DNA of 64,000 nt from Balanoglossus misakiensis. Taxonomy: Eukaryota > Animalia > Hemichordata. Location: the NCBI GenBank assembly GCA_040954595.2, contig CM082591.2:582518-646517 (forward strand). Reading direction: 5' to 3'. This document shows positions 1 to 12,054 of this stretch, piece after piece; within the stretch, counting starts at the first letter, position 1; every line of letters begins with the position of its first letter. Under the pieces are notes generated by a model, which worked only from the letters and a program-made list of their open reading frames with translations, was not told where the DNA came from and did not search any database. The position numbers and the translations under genes are program-made.

Positions 1-223
1 CTCCGAACTGAAACCAAGAAGACGATTTGCATATTGGTAACAACGTAAAGACCCTAACCGTTGAACAAACAAACATTGTTTGTTTATTATGCCAATCAAT
101 AACAACAAACAAACAAATATACACACTAACACTTGGAGGGAGAGCCCCCTATGGTGGGACTTGGTCTAGATCTAAACCCAGAAGTTGAACACCTCCCCCT
201 AACCAAACAACGACCCCACTCAC

Positions 224-433
224 GACTAGCAAGTGTCCGAATAACCAGTGTCGCCTTGGTGACGGGAATTCAGCGAGGTCTTTCTCGGCCCGCCATCTTT
301 TTTTCAAGAGATACACAACTCCGCTGAACAGTTTGTACGCGACGACGATACAAACTGTGATGAGGAGTATCTTGAGGTATTGTGCCGAGACTGATCCCTG
401 AGGCGGACGAAAATCACCAATTGTATCCGACAT
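224..433 (-). CDS. Cytochrome P450 CYP4-clan, first coding exon (gene continues beyond left edge)
   Basis: ATG at 433. Hydrophobic anchor (YLKILLITVCIVVAY), basic stretch (KKRWR) and Pro-rich hinge FPSPRRHWLFGHL typical of CYP4F/4A/4B N-termini. Phase-0 donor GTC|GTGAGT after position 224 (70 codons). Confidence 0.85.
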
Positions 434-558
434 TTTCAGTTAATTCGCAGAGAGTATAACAAATGGTGGGGGTCGTGTAACGCTGGGAACACAGACCTGT
501 ACGCGGGGCTATACGAATGATTGCTGTTCAATGCACTATAAACAAGGTAATCACAACA

Positions 559-586
559 CAAAGTCCAACGTAACCTTTGAACTTTG
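559..586. promoter_or_regulatory. HNF4/DR1-type nuclear receptor sites upstream of the CYP4 gene
   Basis: CAAAGTCCA at 559-567. Positions 571-586 read CAAAGTTCAAAGGTTA on the minus strand (DR1 AGTTCA-A-AGGTTA), about 130-150 nt upstream of the ATG. Confidence 0.4.
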
Positions 587-1131
587 TATTTTTACCTGCC
601 CTAGGCCTACTTACTCCCATTACATGTACTCAGATACGGAGGCAAACCCCCGGGGTATTTCAGACCTTAATAAAAACATTAACATATAGTCTGGCGCTGT
701 GTCGTCCAATTTGGTCACCCCGTTTCACTCCGGGCCCTTTCGCAAGATTCAAATTGGAGATTAATTGTATGTCTCTGGACGGCAACCCCACAGCAGTTTA
801 GCTTTAATAAGGTCTATTGGCCCTGCGCACACGAATGACAACCAATAACCAACCAGGCGTTCACGATTTACGTCTATCAACGTTGAGGGGGCATTACGAG
901 ACAGGTTTCGCCGTCATTTAGGGACCATTATCATCCAATTGTACCCGCTCATTTATAAATTTAGACAGGATCAAATTCATTTAAACACTCCGTCAGGAAA
1001 AGTGAGAAGAAAAACATTAATATTCTGGTCTTAGTATTCGTGGTTGCCTAAAATTTCTTCCCATCAGGAATAAAGTTGGTCGGTATGGAAAAAAGCCAAT
1101 AGTCGTAAAAGTTATGAAACTATATTCAATA

Positions 1132-1137
1132 TTTATT
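1132..1137 (-). terminator. Candidate poly(A) signal of the H2A.X-like gene
   Basis: AATAAA on the minus strand about 210 nt past the stop codon; no histone stem-loop seen in between. Confidence 0.5.
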
Positions 1138-1349
1138 ATGCATTTTACAAAACAATATAGAGATACAAAAATATATCAGACTTTTGCAATAAATTCATCA
1201 TACATATCTTGGTAATTTGCTATAACATTTGTGCTTCAAAATTATGTCTTTGTACTGACTGCCGGGTAGCATTTGAATTGGCCCGAAACATTTTTGCATC
1301 CGCTGAGTCTGGAGAATAATGTCACCTGGACAACGATCGTTTACAACTT

Positions 1350-1642
1350 TCACAGTTCTTGACTCTGTCCATCGAACTTCTTGGACTTGCCGGTTTTCTT
1401 CGGGAGAAGTTGGGCGTGTATATTGGGCAGAACTCCGCCTTGAGATATGGTCACTCCTTGTAGAAGATTGTTGAGCTCCTCGTCGTTGCGAACGGCCAGT
1501 TGAATATGTCGTGGCATGATGCGGGCTTTCTTGTTGTCTCGCGCAGCGTTTCCCGCCAATTCCAATATCTCTGCAGTCAAGTATTCCAATACTGCCGCCA
1601 TGTATATGGGCGCACCGGATCCAACACGTTGAGAATAATGTC
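1350..1642 (-). CDS. H2AX: Histone H2A.X-like, exon 2
   Basis: Acceptor ttttattttgatag|GA. Encodes (G)[38 protein letters not shown]...[19 protein letters not shown]. The terminal SQ-E-hydrophobic motif defines H2A.X. Confidence 0.93.
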
Positions 1643-2010
1643 CTATCAAAATAAAAAAAATGTACAAGAATTACGATGGATGTAAAGGCCAATATGCATG
1701 TGTAACGGAGTGGGTTTCTTCACCTTCATATTGGTCTTTACTCAGTAATTCCAGGCCATCTCCCCATTATACAAAGAAAACTTTGAAAACATTAAATGAC
1801 GCATTTAATGTTTCCAGACACAAGGGATATTATTGTAGGGTACACAAAATCTTTCATTATCACCACATTTGAAAGATGACGACATTATCATTCCCCTTTC
1901 TGGTTTGTGTCGATCGTTGAATGCCGTGTCTGCGTTCAACGAACACCAGGCTGGCCACAACGAGTCGCCTTATCTCACCAAAAACAGCCAAAGATATACA
2001 ACTGTCCTAC

Positions 2011-2125
2011 CTTTTCTGAGGAACCTATGAACTCGACCGACGGGAAACTGAAGACCACAACGATCACTCCTGGACTTATGTTTCCCAACCGCACCTTTTC
2101 TGCCAGTCTTTCCGCGACCAGACAT
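2011..2125 (-). CDS. H2AX: Histone H2A.X-like, exon 1
   Basis: ATG at 2125, [38 protein letters not shown], phase-1 donor G|GTAGGA. Joins exon 2 in frame across a 368-nt GT-AG intron to give 135 aa. Confidence 0.93.
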
Positions 2126-2239
2126 GTTCAAAAATGTCTGACCAGAACTTGTCAAGAAAAGTCAATATAAAATCGCAATGACAGGCTTAAAGACGATTCC
2201 ACGTTGAAAGCTGTATGTAACTAACTTTGCTTCCAACTG

Positions 2240-2480
2240 AAATCAATTTTATACGAAGCGCCGGGATGTGTCATGGTTTCCAACAACCAATCAAAAACTG
2301 CGAATATACCCACACTTTTGTGTGGTAACCAATCAGAGAGACTGATAGGGCTCACTCAACAATGAATTTCAAACTCGAATCATGTGATAGATATTTAGCT
2401 TGTGAATGGATGTATTTGAAACCGACCCAAATATAGCAACACCAGGTGACTGTTACGTAATTTCCAACCAATAATTTACA
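2240..2480 (-). promoter_or_regulatory. H2A.X promoter: TATA box, CCAAT boxes, CHR-like elements
   Basis: TATAAAA on the minus strand at about 2247-2253; CCAAT at about 2288, 2329 and 2469; TTTGAA/TTCAAA (CHR-like) at about 2368 and 2415. Confidence 0.55.
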
Positions 2481-3810
2481 TAACCATTGACAAAAATAGC
2501 AACGTTCCTCTAATTTTGACGTACTGGTAATAGATATACATGCAGTGTGACCACATTTTACTTCTTAGTAGATGGTGTCGCTGCCATATTGCCACTGATA
2601 AACTTTAAGGTTTAAACTTGCGTCTTCGTTCTTCTGTGTATCAATATGTTTAGTGTTTCAGCTGTAGATTAATTCACAGATGTTGTCGCCATTTTTCAAT
2701 CGTGAAGGTCGCACATTTATCACAAGCATATCTCATAGGGTCTTTGGTTCAAATGCTTTAGTTGAAAACTATAATTCCCCGTGACCAATATTAAGCTGTT
2801 CCGGCTGGTGTCATTGTTGATGGGCATTTGCAGTAACATTCTATGTGCCGCATTATTTATTTCATTTAAAGGTCCATGTATACTAACGAGGGCAATTCCA
2901 TGGGTGCACAACAGACATTTCGTCTTTGCCCGGAACTGTTTATTGGAGAAAAAAACGGGATCCAAAGGGGAAAACTATCAGCTGTGCATAACACACGCCC
3001 TCACAATATTACACAACAAAAATTGCCCTGTATATAGGCCTTGGTAGAAGCCTCTGCCGCTGGCATACCTGTAACACAATCTCTCCAGTATCTACAGTGT
3101 AACAGTCTCTGATGAATATAATATGTCAAATTGGTCATATTTAGAACTTAGTACAATGTATGCACATGTATCGTGCACTATATGACACAGGTACGAATTA
3201 CATAGTATTTAGATAAGTTTCAATTTCCATGGTCGACTTAGAGACACTGGTACTGAAACCAAATAAGGCAGTTGTAGATAAACAAACGCGACTGAAAATA
3301 TAAACCTGCGTGCATTTCGTTTAATGGTTGTTTCCGTGGCAACATCCGCAATTGTGAATAATTGGACAAACATAATAGTCAAGTATATATACAGTTTTAT
3401 ACAGTTATTGCTCTTAGCACTTCAGTAATGGGTTTGTCATGTAATGTCCGTAGGGTTAATCTTGTTTAAACATAGAACACTGCATTTGCTCTGCAAATAA
3501 ATTAAAGAACATAAAAATATCACCATAACATTTGATTGATTAATTTGTGTATAGGGTATATATATCACTTTCAATTACTATAACTCTATGTTTTTATTCA
3601 GTATTTTTATTAAATGCATCAATTGTAGTTTCTTGTTCGACTCCGGCCACAAGCATGATGTAATCGCAGTATTTATTTTTTCCTGTCCCAGATTTTTTCC
3701 TGTCCATGCTTCTGAGTAGTGATTCAAATCTAACATTTCACAATTGACGTACGCTTATGAATAACAAATCCGATCAAACGTAGCAACATCTGCTTCTCAT
3801 CGCCACGGAG

Positions 3811-4039
3811 TATAAACAACGCATGCGCAACAAGTGACTTCACGTGTTCTGGTGTCTCATTTACCAACAGAGCTCGATCACTCTCTCTCGATCGCGTGTG
3901 TCTTTTGTGAGAGTCATTCCGCAGAACCCGAGAATATACGACGCTGCTTGCTGGATCTGAGAGTCAACCGTCGAACCAGTGGTGCATAGGTGATGGTGAT
4001 CAAGAGTTTGAGTGTGCTTGTCAACTGCCACCAAAACAG
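3811..4039 (+). promoter_or_regulatory. Candidate promoter and non-coding first exon (possibly of GPCR-1)
   Basis: TATAAA at 3811, NRF1-like CGCATGCGCA at 3820-3829, E-box CACGTG at 3841, a CpG-rich stretch, then donor CAG|GTAATT at 4039/4040. Candidate acceptor tgtttttatctcttcgaattacag| at 10334, upstream of the GPCR ATG. Confidence 0.35.
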
Positions 4040-4615
4040 GTAATTCAAACAGTTTTTTTTTTACATCTGTCTATCTTGTTAACTGCGTTCAAGCCCGTGA
4101 AGTCTAATACGGGTGCTGCAACGGTGTATATTAGACGTGTCGCACAGCACGCAAAAGTTGTATATGCAACACCATGATCAATGACTTCCAAATAAAAATG
4201 GGTCAGGTCAGACAAATAAAACGCGAAAGTACCAACGCATATTTAAAAGGAAGGCGGCAAATAGACATGCACGCCCCGGCCAACTTCGATGATGTCCATG
4301 CATTGAATTTGTAGTAAGAAACTCGCATTGCCGCAACTACCTGAAAATGATAGTGCGAAACACAATTTTCATGACTTTCTTTAACATTTGCCATGTGGAA
4401 TATGGAGAATCTCGTCCACGCTGTCCTTTCATGCACGCGTATGGCACGCGCGTAACGGTTCCGATATAAAGGCACACCAGTTTACCAAATATGCTAGGTG
4501 TTGCCATGCGCATGCCGCGAAGATGTATTGTTTGTAATAAGTATCTTACGTAATATCCAGTCGCGTGTAACATGCCTGGGAATTATTTTAAACTAGTTGT
4601 GATTTTTTAGGAGGT

Positions 4616-4629
4616 GGGGGGGGGGGGGG
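4616..4629 (+). repeat. Poly-G tract (G14)
   Basis: Read directly from sequence. Confidence 0.9.
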
Positions 4630-5028
4630 CAAAGAGGCATGTTGAACCACAGCGACCCTGGCAGAAGGGTTTACCTTGACAAAAAGGATCATTATTCCCT
4701 CAAAAGGTCTTGAATGCACCTTTGTGCAGGTAACTGTCTGTATATAATCACTGGCTGCAGCTTTGTTGGGTTATTCCATTTCTCTGTGGGTGAAAGCACA
4801 GACACAGTGTTAGGAGTACAATGCTTTCTCACATTCCTGATCGCTGGGAGTGTAGGATCGACAGTGTGGGGTTAATTGAGTCCCCAAACGAGTTCGACAA
4901 AAACGACCCGTAGGTCCTTGGTGATGTGACATGATAATAATTCGATGCGATGACGTCATTAGAACTTTATGTCCTCGAAGTATTTTTAATGATGGCCTAC
5001 TTCTCGTGAAAAGGTTATTGTCGGTTTC

Positions 5029-5029
5029 C

Positions 5030-5060
<31 letters not shown>

Positions 5061-5061
5061 A
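5029..5061 (+). repeat. (CAA)n microsatellite
   Basis: About 10 CAA units; accounts for the poly-Val spurious ORF 4810..5076. Confidence 0.9.
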
Positions 5062-8000
5062 CACGGTCAATATCACAAATGCCCGGACAATCTTATAAAA
5101 TAATCCATCTTTTCACTTTCTGTACTGTGCGCAAAAAAATTGACCCTTTTCATCAGCGAGCACCTTTTGGCATTTTAAAAGTGTACCTGCTAAATTTAAA
5201 CACTGTGCTGCGTGACTTGCAACCTGAAAATTGTTTGCCCTCCAAGCAAACGAAAGCAGTTGAAATTTCGCCCCGCCATTTTGAACCGGGGTCTCGTGAA
5301 TTCTGAACGGTTTAGATTCCTCTGGATATTTAAAGGCGATAATTAACGGTGAACTTTATTGAGGGGTAAGAACACTGAAGGCAATTTTGACATTTTAGTA
5401 TTAATGGTGGGAACTGTACCACGTTACGTGCTCAGACAATTGGAGCAACACTAGGCAGATGAACTTTCTTCGGTTTAAGACCACCCTGACGCCACATATT
5501 TCTTTGTTTCAACGATCAAGACACGATTTACGCATCTCGTTCAGGGAAAATGTTAGCGCCAGAGATCGAAAGGTGAATTGTCATGGTCTCAGCGTCATTT
5601 TCAATCTTATTTTTAGACTTCAAAAGGACATTACTGGCTGACATTTCGACATCAAAAGTAACAGAATGTACGCGACAATATTTCATGTCTCGATAAGGGC
5701 GGGGAAGATTTTAACGAGTGTCCAAACTATAACCCGGCGTCCTTTTCTCACAGGCTAGATGTTAGAACAAGTTGTACCGCCAATGTATTTTACGAGATTG
5801 TAGTATTTAACGACAAACCCGCATTATGCGCAAATTAAAATATTTTTTATTGAAGACCATCGCCAACAACCATATATAACATTTAATTGCCGATTCTACT
5901 TTGGTCTGTCCTGGATTGTATTGTAAAATGACAATGACAAGTGTCATTGGCCAACAGATAAAATGGGTCTCGCTCATGGACATAACTGATTAATCGAGAT
6001 ATATTGTGGCATCTAAGTTATAACCCGGTTAAGGACATACACCTTAGTGTTTTATTGTGTGAATTACTTGTACTCCCTCTAAGACGAGAGTGAACTCTTT
6101 TGGGAATCGTCAACTCTCTGCTTTGGCTTTGCAAGTTAAGAGTCCCTTACTTGCATTTGATCCGAAATACATTTTAACCGCTGCCACGAGTGTTTGGAAA
6201 TATGCAGTCGACAAGAACGCGATGTGCGAAAATGGATATTGTTGTATTTATATCTCAGATCAGACAGCGAGTCTCAATTTGTTTGCATAGAGCATTCCAA
6301 TATACCTTCAAATTTCACTGCCTATTCCTGGTAAAAAAAATTTTGTTTGAGTATTTTTGTTTTAATGGTAAAAGTTGACAATAGATAGGCAAACGAGTAG
6401 TTTTTTAAATTGTATTTTACATCACGTGTGATGCCTCCCTTTCCCGATTTAGCCGTTAGTTTCAAATGGCTGGAATTGCAAACGACAGCATAAAATGATA
6501 AAAAGCAATTAAAATGGGGTATGTGCGAGCGCTATAAATAGTATGCATGCATTGAAATAGGGGGGTCTTTTTCTCTCTCGCAATAATTTCCAATGTATGA
6601 GTGTATTCTGTTGAATTAATATAGCACACATGCCACTTCCAAACATTTCAATCAACTTTTATTCTGAGGAATGTATCACTTTGTATATCTAGAAAGTTGA
6701 TCAACGCCTCGATTCTCCAAACAACGACTTGAAGATTGCCTGTCGAATCAATATCAATTACACTTCTCTCATGGTCAAGGGTAAATAGTGTAATGGACTT
6801 CAATGAAGTCAAGACATGATTGAATGAAAGCCAGAAGTGTCGGGAATTTAGAAATATGCTCTAGGGAGAAACAGTGGAAAGATTTCAAATCAGTTGTATG
6901 GACAAGGTGATATTGCATATCTCCAACTTGAGATATTTGTTTATCTAAATATATGGTATTGGTAGCATATGTACAGAAATTCAATCTAACCGTGATATCA
7001 ATGTTGTTCGCAGCTGGTTGCGTTTGGTAGGTGAGTGAGTTGAAACAGGATCGGTTGTTTGATACGCATACCGGGCTGACTTGGGGGCGGAAGGATAAAA
7101 ATGAAGGAATATTTCACGGTCTCGTGAAATCATTAACATTGGCATGTTGAGCGGTTCTCACACGAGCCAGAATATCTAAAAGTAGTGCCAAAGATGGTGA
7201 CGACTTTGCTTTAAACCAGTCTTTAATTATTTTAAGCACAGTTGCACAGATTTTGTTGACATTACGATGATGGAATTTGTTTAAGTGTGATGAATTGTGT
7301 TTTTAACACTAAACTAGCCTGTGGATCGTTTCAAATGCTCAGTCAAATAATTGTCATGCAGCGCCATGTTTTGTTTCAGAATTGAATTCTCATTTTGGGG
7401 AAATACATTTGTTTTGTCTGTGTCAGGTACAGCTGACAGACATGTTATTGCTCGTTGGTTATTGTTCTCTCGGTCGCATTTTCTATTTCATGAATACTGG
7501 CGGATAGATTATTCCAATGAGATCGAGGTGGACATGTTGATATTGGTCGAAAAAGAGGAAAAATACAGCCATGCAGGACATGAATTCTGTAGTTAGGCAT
7601 CGGTGAACACATTTTCTCGCCACTGCGGTCAAACATCCGAACAAGTGAGGTCAATTTGGTCACTTCTAACAGATGATCAAAGAACGCCAAAGCTTGATTG
7701 TAATCTATTCGTTCAGATTGATTCTGAGTGGTGTCATTATTCTTCGTTAGTTGCTTCGTTGGTTTTAATTGACGAGCGACGTCTTACATCCGTCTTGAAG
7801 CAGAAGTCTAGGTCTGTATTTCCTTCGTGAACAGAGAACGAATGCAAAATCACGTACTTTGACCCTCCGGTGGTAATTTAGAATTTGCCATCAACTGACC
7901 TTAACTTACTGTGTATGTCTTACAGAATGTTTTACATTTGATCGCGGAACAAGTAACCATGGCAACCCTCACCTCGTGCGTATGAAGTTTATTTAGTTCC

Positions 8001-10632
8001 ATATAGTACTGGAAATAATTTGATTACGTGCATCCAATTTTCAGGATATTCGGGGGAACTGACGTCTGTAAACAGTCAGTTCCGTTTTTATAAACATGAA
8101 TGTAATGTACGATCAATAGGTTAAAACGTCGAGGAAGTGAATAAATAGAAATATAGAAACTTGTCACTAAAAATGGGGACTTTATGTCGGCCTTGGAACA
8201 GAAAAAAGGAAAGCAATAAAAGTATGTTTTTCGACGTTACCATAGTAACGATAGTGCCTAGCTATGTTCCCGGATGTGAATCTCATAAATTTGATTTTGT
8301 TTGGAAGGGTACCGTCTGGGCTTTGTCGTTTATTTGTTTGAAATTTCGAAAATAACACCATGCCCAAGCGGAACAGAATGGTACAAAACATGTCTGGGCC
8401 CAGATGAACTGATCGCCTGGGACAAATATATGGCAGACAATCTAAATTCAATCGAACCAGCCTTAGAGTAGAAAGTGGCGTTTATTCAAACGTCCCCTAG
8501 TGTCAAATAGCAAATATATTTTCCCCTTGAAGCACCTGCGCGGGAACTATTACTTGCGCATGGACAGTGTGTGCATTTTTGTCTCGTGAATTTATCATTC
8601 TTCGTAGTTTGGTGCCAGGCGACAGCCAAAGTTACAACATTCCGGGTTAAATGAACATGTGGTCCTCACAGAAACAGAAACCTAATCCAGAGGTTATGAC
8701 GTCTCTAATAACCATGCCCCCAAAGCTGTATATTATTGAGGTTAAATATTAGTTTTGGCGTTAAATGTTAGATGATGAACCGTTTATAAAATAACATGCC
8801 CCAAAAGGCGAGTATGGATGAGAGACAGACACAGATGTTATTGATAAATGGCAGCCCGTGGACATCTGACACAAGAATGTAAACAGGTTATCAAATGTTT
8901 GGCGAGGAGAGGGTGATAACAACACGACGAGTGATAGAAGCAGAAAGACCTGCCAGGTTTTCGAAGAATTGAGCCAGATTTGTCCTTGCTATTAGAATAG
9001 GACGAATAGTAATATCATGAACGCGGACAAACATTAGCTTATCTTCTGATATTCTTCCGGACTCATGTCCTGTAATATCGATAATCTCACTTTGAAGGTT
9101 TCAAATCTTCAATGTCACTATGTTGACGGCGCGTGTCTCTTCCTTATAGTGTTTTGTAATAAGGATTTAGCTCAAAAAAGATTTAATATTGTTAATGTCT
9201 CTGTGTTTGCCAAATCCAGGCATTGGCTAATTATAATTAGTGGAGGGAATGTACCAGTGATTAGTTTGCCCAAGATATTACATTGTGCACCACAAAACAT
9301 TGCCGTTGACGTACAGGGTTAGTTGAAATTCTGGAAGCACAGATGCTAATCACATCAAAGGTGTGTTACCCAAGCACATATCGCCATAAATACATATATA
9401 CACCATTTGTGGGAATTAAACGTAGACTCCCTAATGACCAGGAATTGGTGAACGTCTTGAACAATCTTACTCAAAATGTTTAAAATCTTGCCTTTAACGG
9501 CTGTCCTTTTTGAAGTCTGAGAGATACTGATTAGCATAGTTTTCAGCATACATTATGTAGCAACAATGATGACATCATTAACACGTTGGCTTTCACACTC
9601 TCCTGATCGATCATTGGTGGTTTGCCGGCATATTACAGGTGTGAGTGTGTAACCAGGAGTCAAGCATTGTAGTCAGATTTGGAGGAGAAACGCATGGTCT
9701 TCTACATGTACAGCGTTTTAGGATTTCTGCAAAATATTAAACGACGTATTATCAATGCTGTATCACCCTCAAACATTTGACACAAACAGCAATGTCGTCA
9801 CTTCAGTACAGAAAAACACGCATGTGTCATTTGTTGTCAGAGTCGATAGAAAGAACGGAGATTGCGTATCCCATCACCGGAAACCATCCATCAGCGATTT
9901 CACTTCTCCAACTCAGTGTCTCTTTTTAGTCGCCGTCGGCGATGTGTAGATCAGGAAGGTCAATGGACGCGGTAACGATATACCCACTGGAGAAGGTCTT
10001 GAATAACGATTACAACGGTTCCTGATGAATTCGCTTAATTGGATGTACATACGCACAGAAACGCTGGTTTGCACGCATATTTATCTGTTCGTCGATATTT
10101 GTTTCTGGCGTTAAATTTATTTTTCCACAAGGACAGAACGGATTAGATGCTGGTCGACCAGAGTAGTTTTTGTTTGATGGCAATTCCCTTTCCCGATAAC
10201 ACCTGTCGCCGCTGGGCTTGATGATAAACTGGCATTCCGCAAGACGACTCTTTTGACTTTTGCACTGTGGGGCATGTGTGCATTTGACTCCGGAATTCGT
10301 TTCTACAGAATGTTTTTATCTCTTCGAATTACAGATATTGTGAAGGGACCAGAAGTGATACGGTCCATCTAAGGCGTGTCCTTCCCATCAGGTATTGCGA
10401 CATCCTCTCTTTGGGTGTTCGAGACTTTGTGACCCGTACTCGAAATAAGAATTGTTCATAGTTCGACGTTCCACAAAGGCAACCGACACTTTCTGTGACG
10501 TAAGGCGTGTTACATCATTTGTGGATGATGAGCAGAGTTTAAAATCGCTTCTGGCCGTGGAGCCGACTGTGTTGTGTAGACGACTTTGAGTTCTCAGCGT
10601 TCTGTCCACCTCCGTGTGCAACTTACAAAAAC

Positions 10633-12054
10633 ATGGATGGATTGGAATACAACGGCACCCCAACCAGCAGCTTTGCACCGTACATCCATAACTTCACGCC
10701 ACTATCGACGATGACGGTGATTGCTGAAACGAACGAAATGACGATTCCCCATCAAGTCTTTATGAGTGTGAACTTCACCGGTGCGATGAACAACTCCGAA
10801 GGGCTGAGCGACCCCAACGGTGACGGTGGATCTCCGTATTCCCTGACGGCAACCATCATCCTAGCAACAGTGTTGACCTGTATAATAGTGATTACAGTAT
10901 TGGGGAATTCGTTGGTGATTGTAGCCTTCGTCATCGACCCGAAACTTCGACAGAAGGTCAGCAACTTCTATCTGTTGAATCTTGCTTTGGCGGACTTCAT
11001 CATCGGTTTCGTATCACTGCCGTTGAACACACTTTGGATGCTGGTGGGAAGATGGCCACTTGGTGAAGTCGCCTGCAAAGTTTGGGTCGTCGTCGATTTC
11101 GTCGCTTGCTTCGAGTCCGTCTGTGCCATCATTTTAATCAGTTTGGACCGATTTCGAATGGTTTCAAAGAAGGATTACCTTAGTAACCAAACCAAGAGAA
11201 GTGTGTTCATGTACTGTGTTTTCACGTGGGTGTTCTCTGTGCTGTTATTCGTACCGGCAGCGTTAGGATGGACCGCCATCACTGGCGAAAGAAATATCAA
11301 CTACTCGGAGGTGTGCGAAATCGAACCCTGGGAAGATCTTAATTACCAAATCGCCATGATCATACTGGAATTTTTCATTCCCTTGTTTGTTATCGGCTAT
11401 CTGAATGTTTCTATCTACTTGAATCTCCAACGACGCGCCAAGAAGTTCCGAACGCGGCTTCCAGAGAATTTGCACGCGGCCAAATTGGACAAAGTTGCCG
11501 GACCAAAAACCAGGAGGGCGCTTGCCGATCAAGCTGAAAATACTCCAGAGGGCGTCGGCACACCAACGACCGCACACGGCCATAATGTGGGCGAAGGAAA
11601 TGATGTCCCTGCCGGTGAGGGTGATACAGCTACGAAAACTGATTCCACGTCCACAGAAGAAGAGGCTCGCATCATTGCCAATCTGGTTACGACAGCGCCT
11701 CCTAACGACTATTCCAGAAAATCTTTCAAAGCATACGTGAAAGGATTCGTGGCAAGAAAGAACCTTGGTAGAGCAGGCAGCATCAGACGACACAAGAAAC
11801 ACAGGAAAGCGGCCAAAAAGTTATCAGTTCTCGTCTGCGCATTTATAATATGCTGGGCGCCGTACAAGATAATGTCGCTCGTCAACATCGTGTGCAAGGA
11901 TTGCTTCAACATGCGAGCCTGGGAGTTTGTGAATTATCTGCTGTGGTGCAACTCCACCATAAATCCGGTTCTGTATACATTCTGCAACCGTAGAATTCGT
12001 TACAACTTCGAACATTTTCTCTGTTTCCTAAGAAGGAACAGACGACGACGATAA
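10633..12054 (+). CDS. Class A aminergic GPCR, histamine H3/H4-like (GPCR-1), single coding exon, 473 aa
   Basis: Seven TM segments with GN (TM1), LALAD (TM2), D3.32 in VVVDFVAC, DRF, LEFFIP (E5.46 as in HRH3/HRH4), CWAPY, LLWCNSTINPVLY (W7.43 as in H3/H4). N-terminal N-glycosylation sequons; long basic ICL3. Confidence 0.93.
   Translation: MDGLEYNGTPTSSFAPYIHNFTPLSTMTVIAETNEMTIPHQVFMSVNFTGAMNNSEGLSDPNGDGGSPYSLTATIILATVLTCIIVITVLGNSLVIVAFVIDPKLRQKVSNFYLLNLALADFIIGFVSLPLNTLWMLVGRWPLGEVACKVWVVVDFVACFESVCAIILISLDRFRMVSKKDYLSNQTKRSVFMYCVFTWVFSVLLFVPAALGWTAITGERNINYSEVCEIEPWEDLNYQIAMIILEFFIPLFVIGYLNVSIYLNLQRRAKKFRTRLPENLHAAKLDKVAGPKTRRALADQAENTPEGVGTPTTAHGHNVGEGNDVPAGEGDTATKTDSTSTEEEARIIANLVTTAPPNDYSRKSFKAYVKGFVARKNLGRAGSIRRHKKHRKAAKKLSVLVCAFIICWAPYKIMSLVNIVCKDCFNMRAWEFVNYLLWCNSTINPVLYTFCNRRIRYNFEHFLCFLRRNRRRR

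Noticed and set aside
1198-1692. 164-aa minus-strand ORF
   Set aside because: Alternative-frame shadow of H2A exon 2 with no recognisable motifs.
11263-11802. 179-aa antisense ORF, and similar ones at 49944-50360 and 59202-59585
   Set aside because: Antisense shadows of the GPCR coding sequences.
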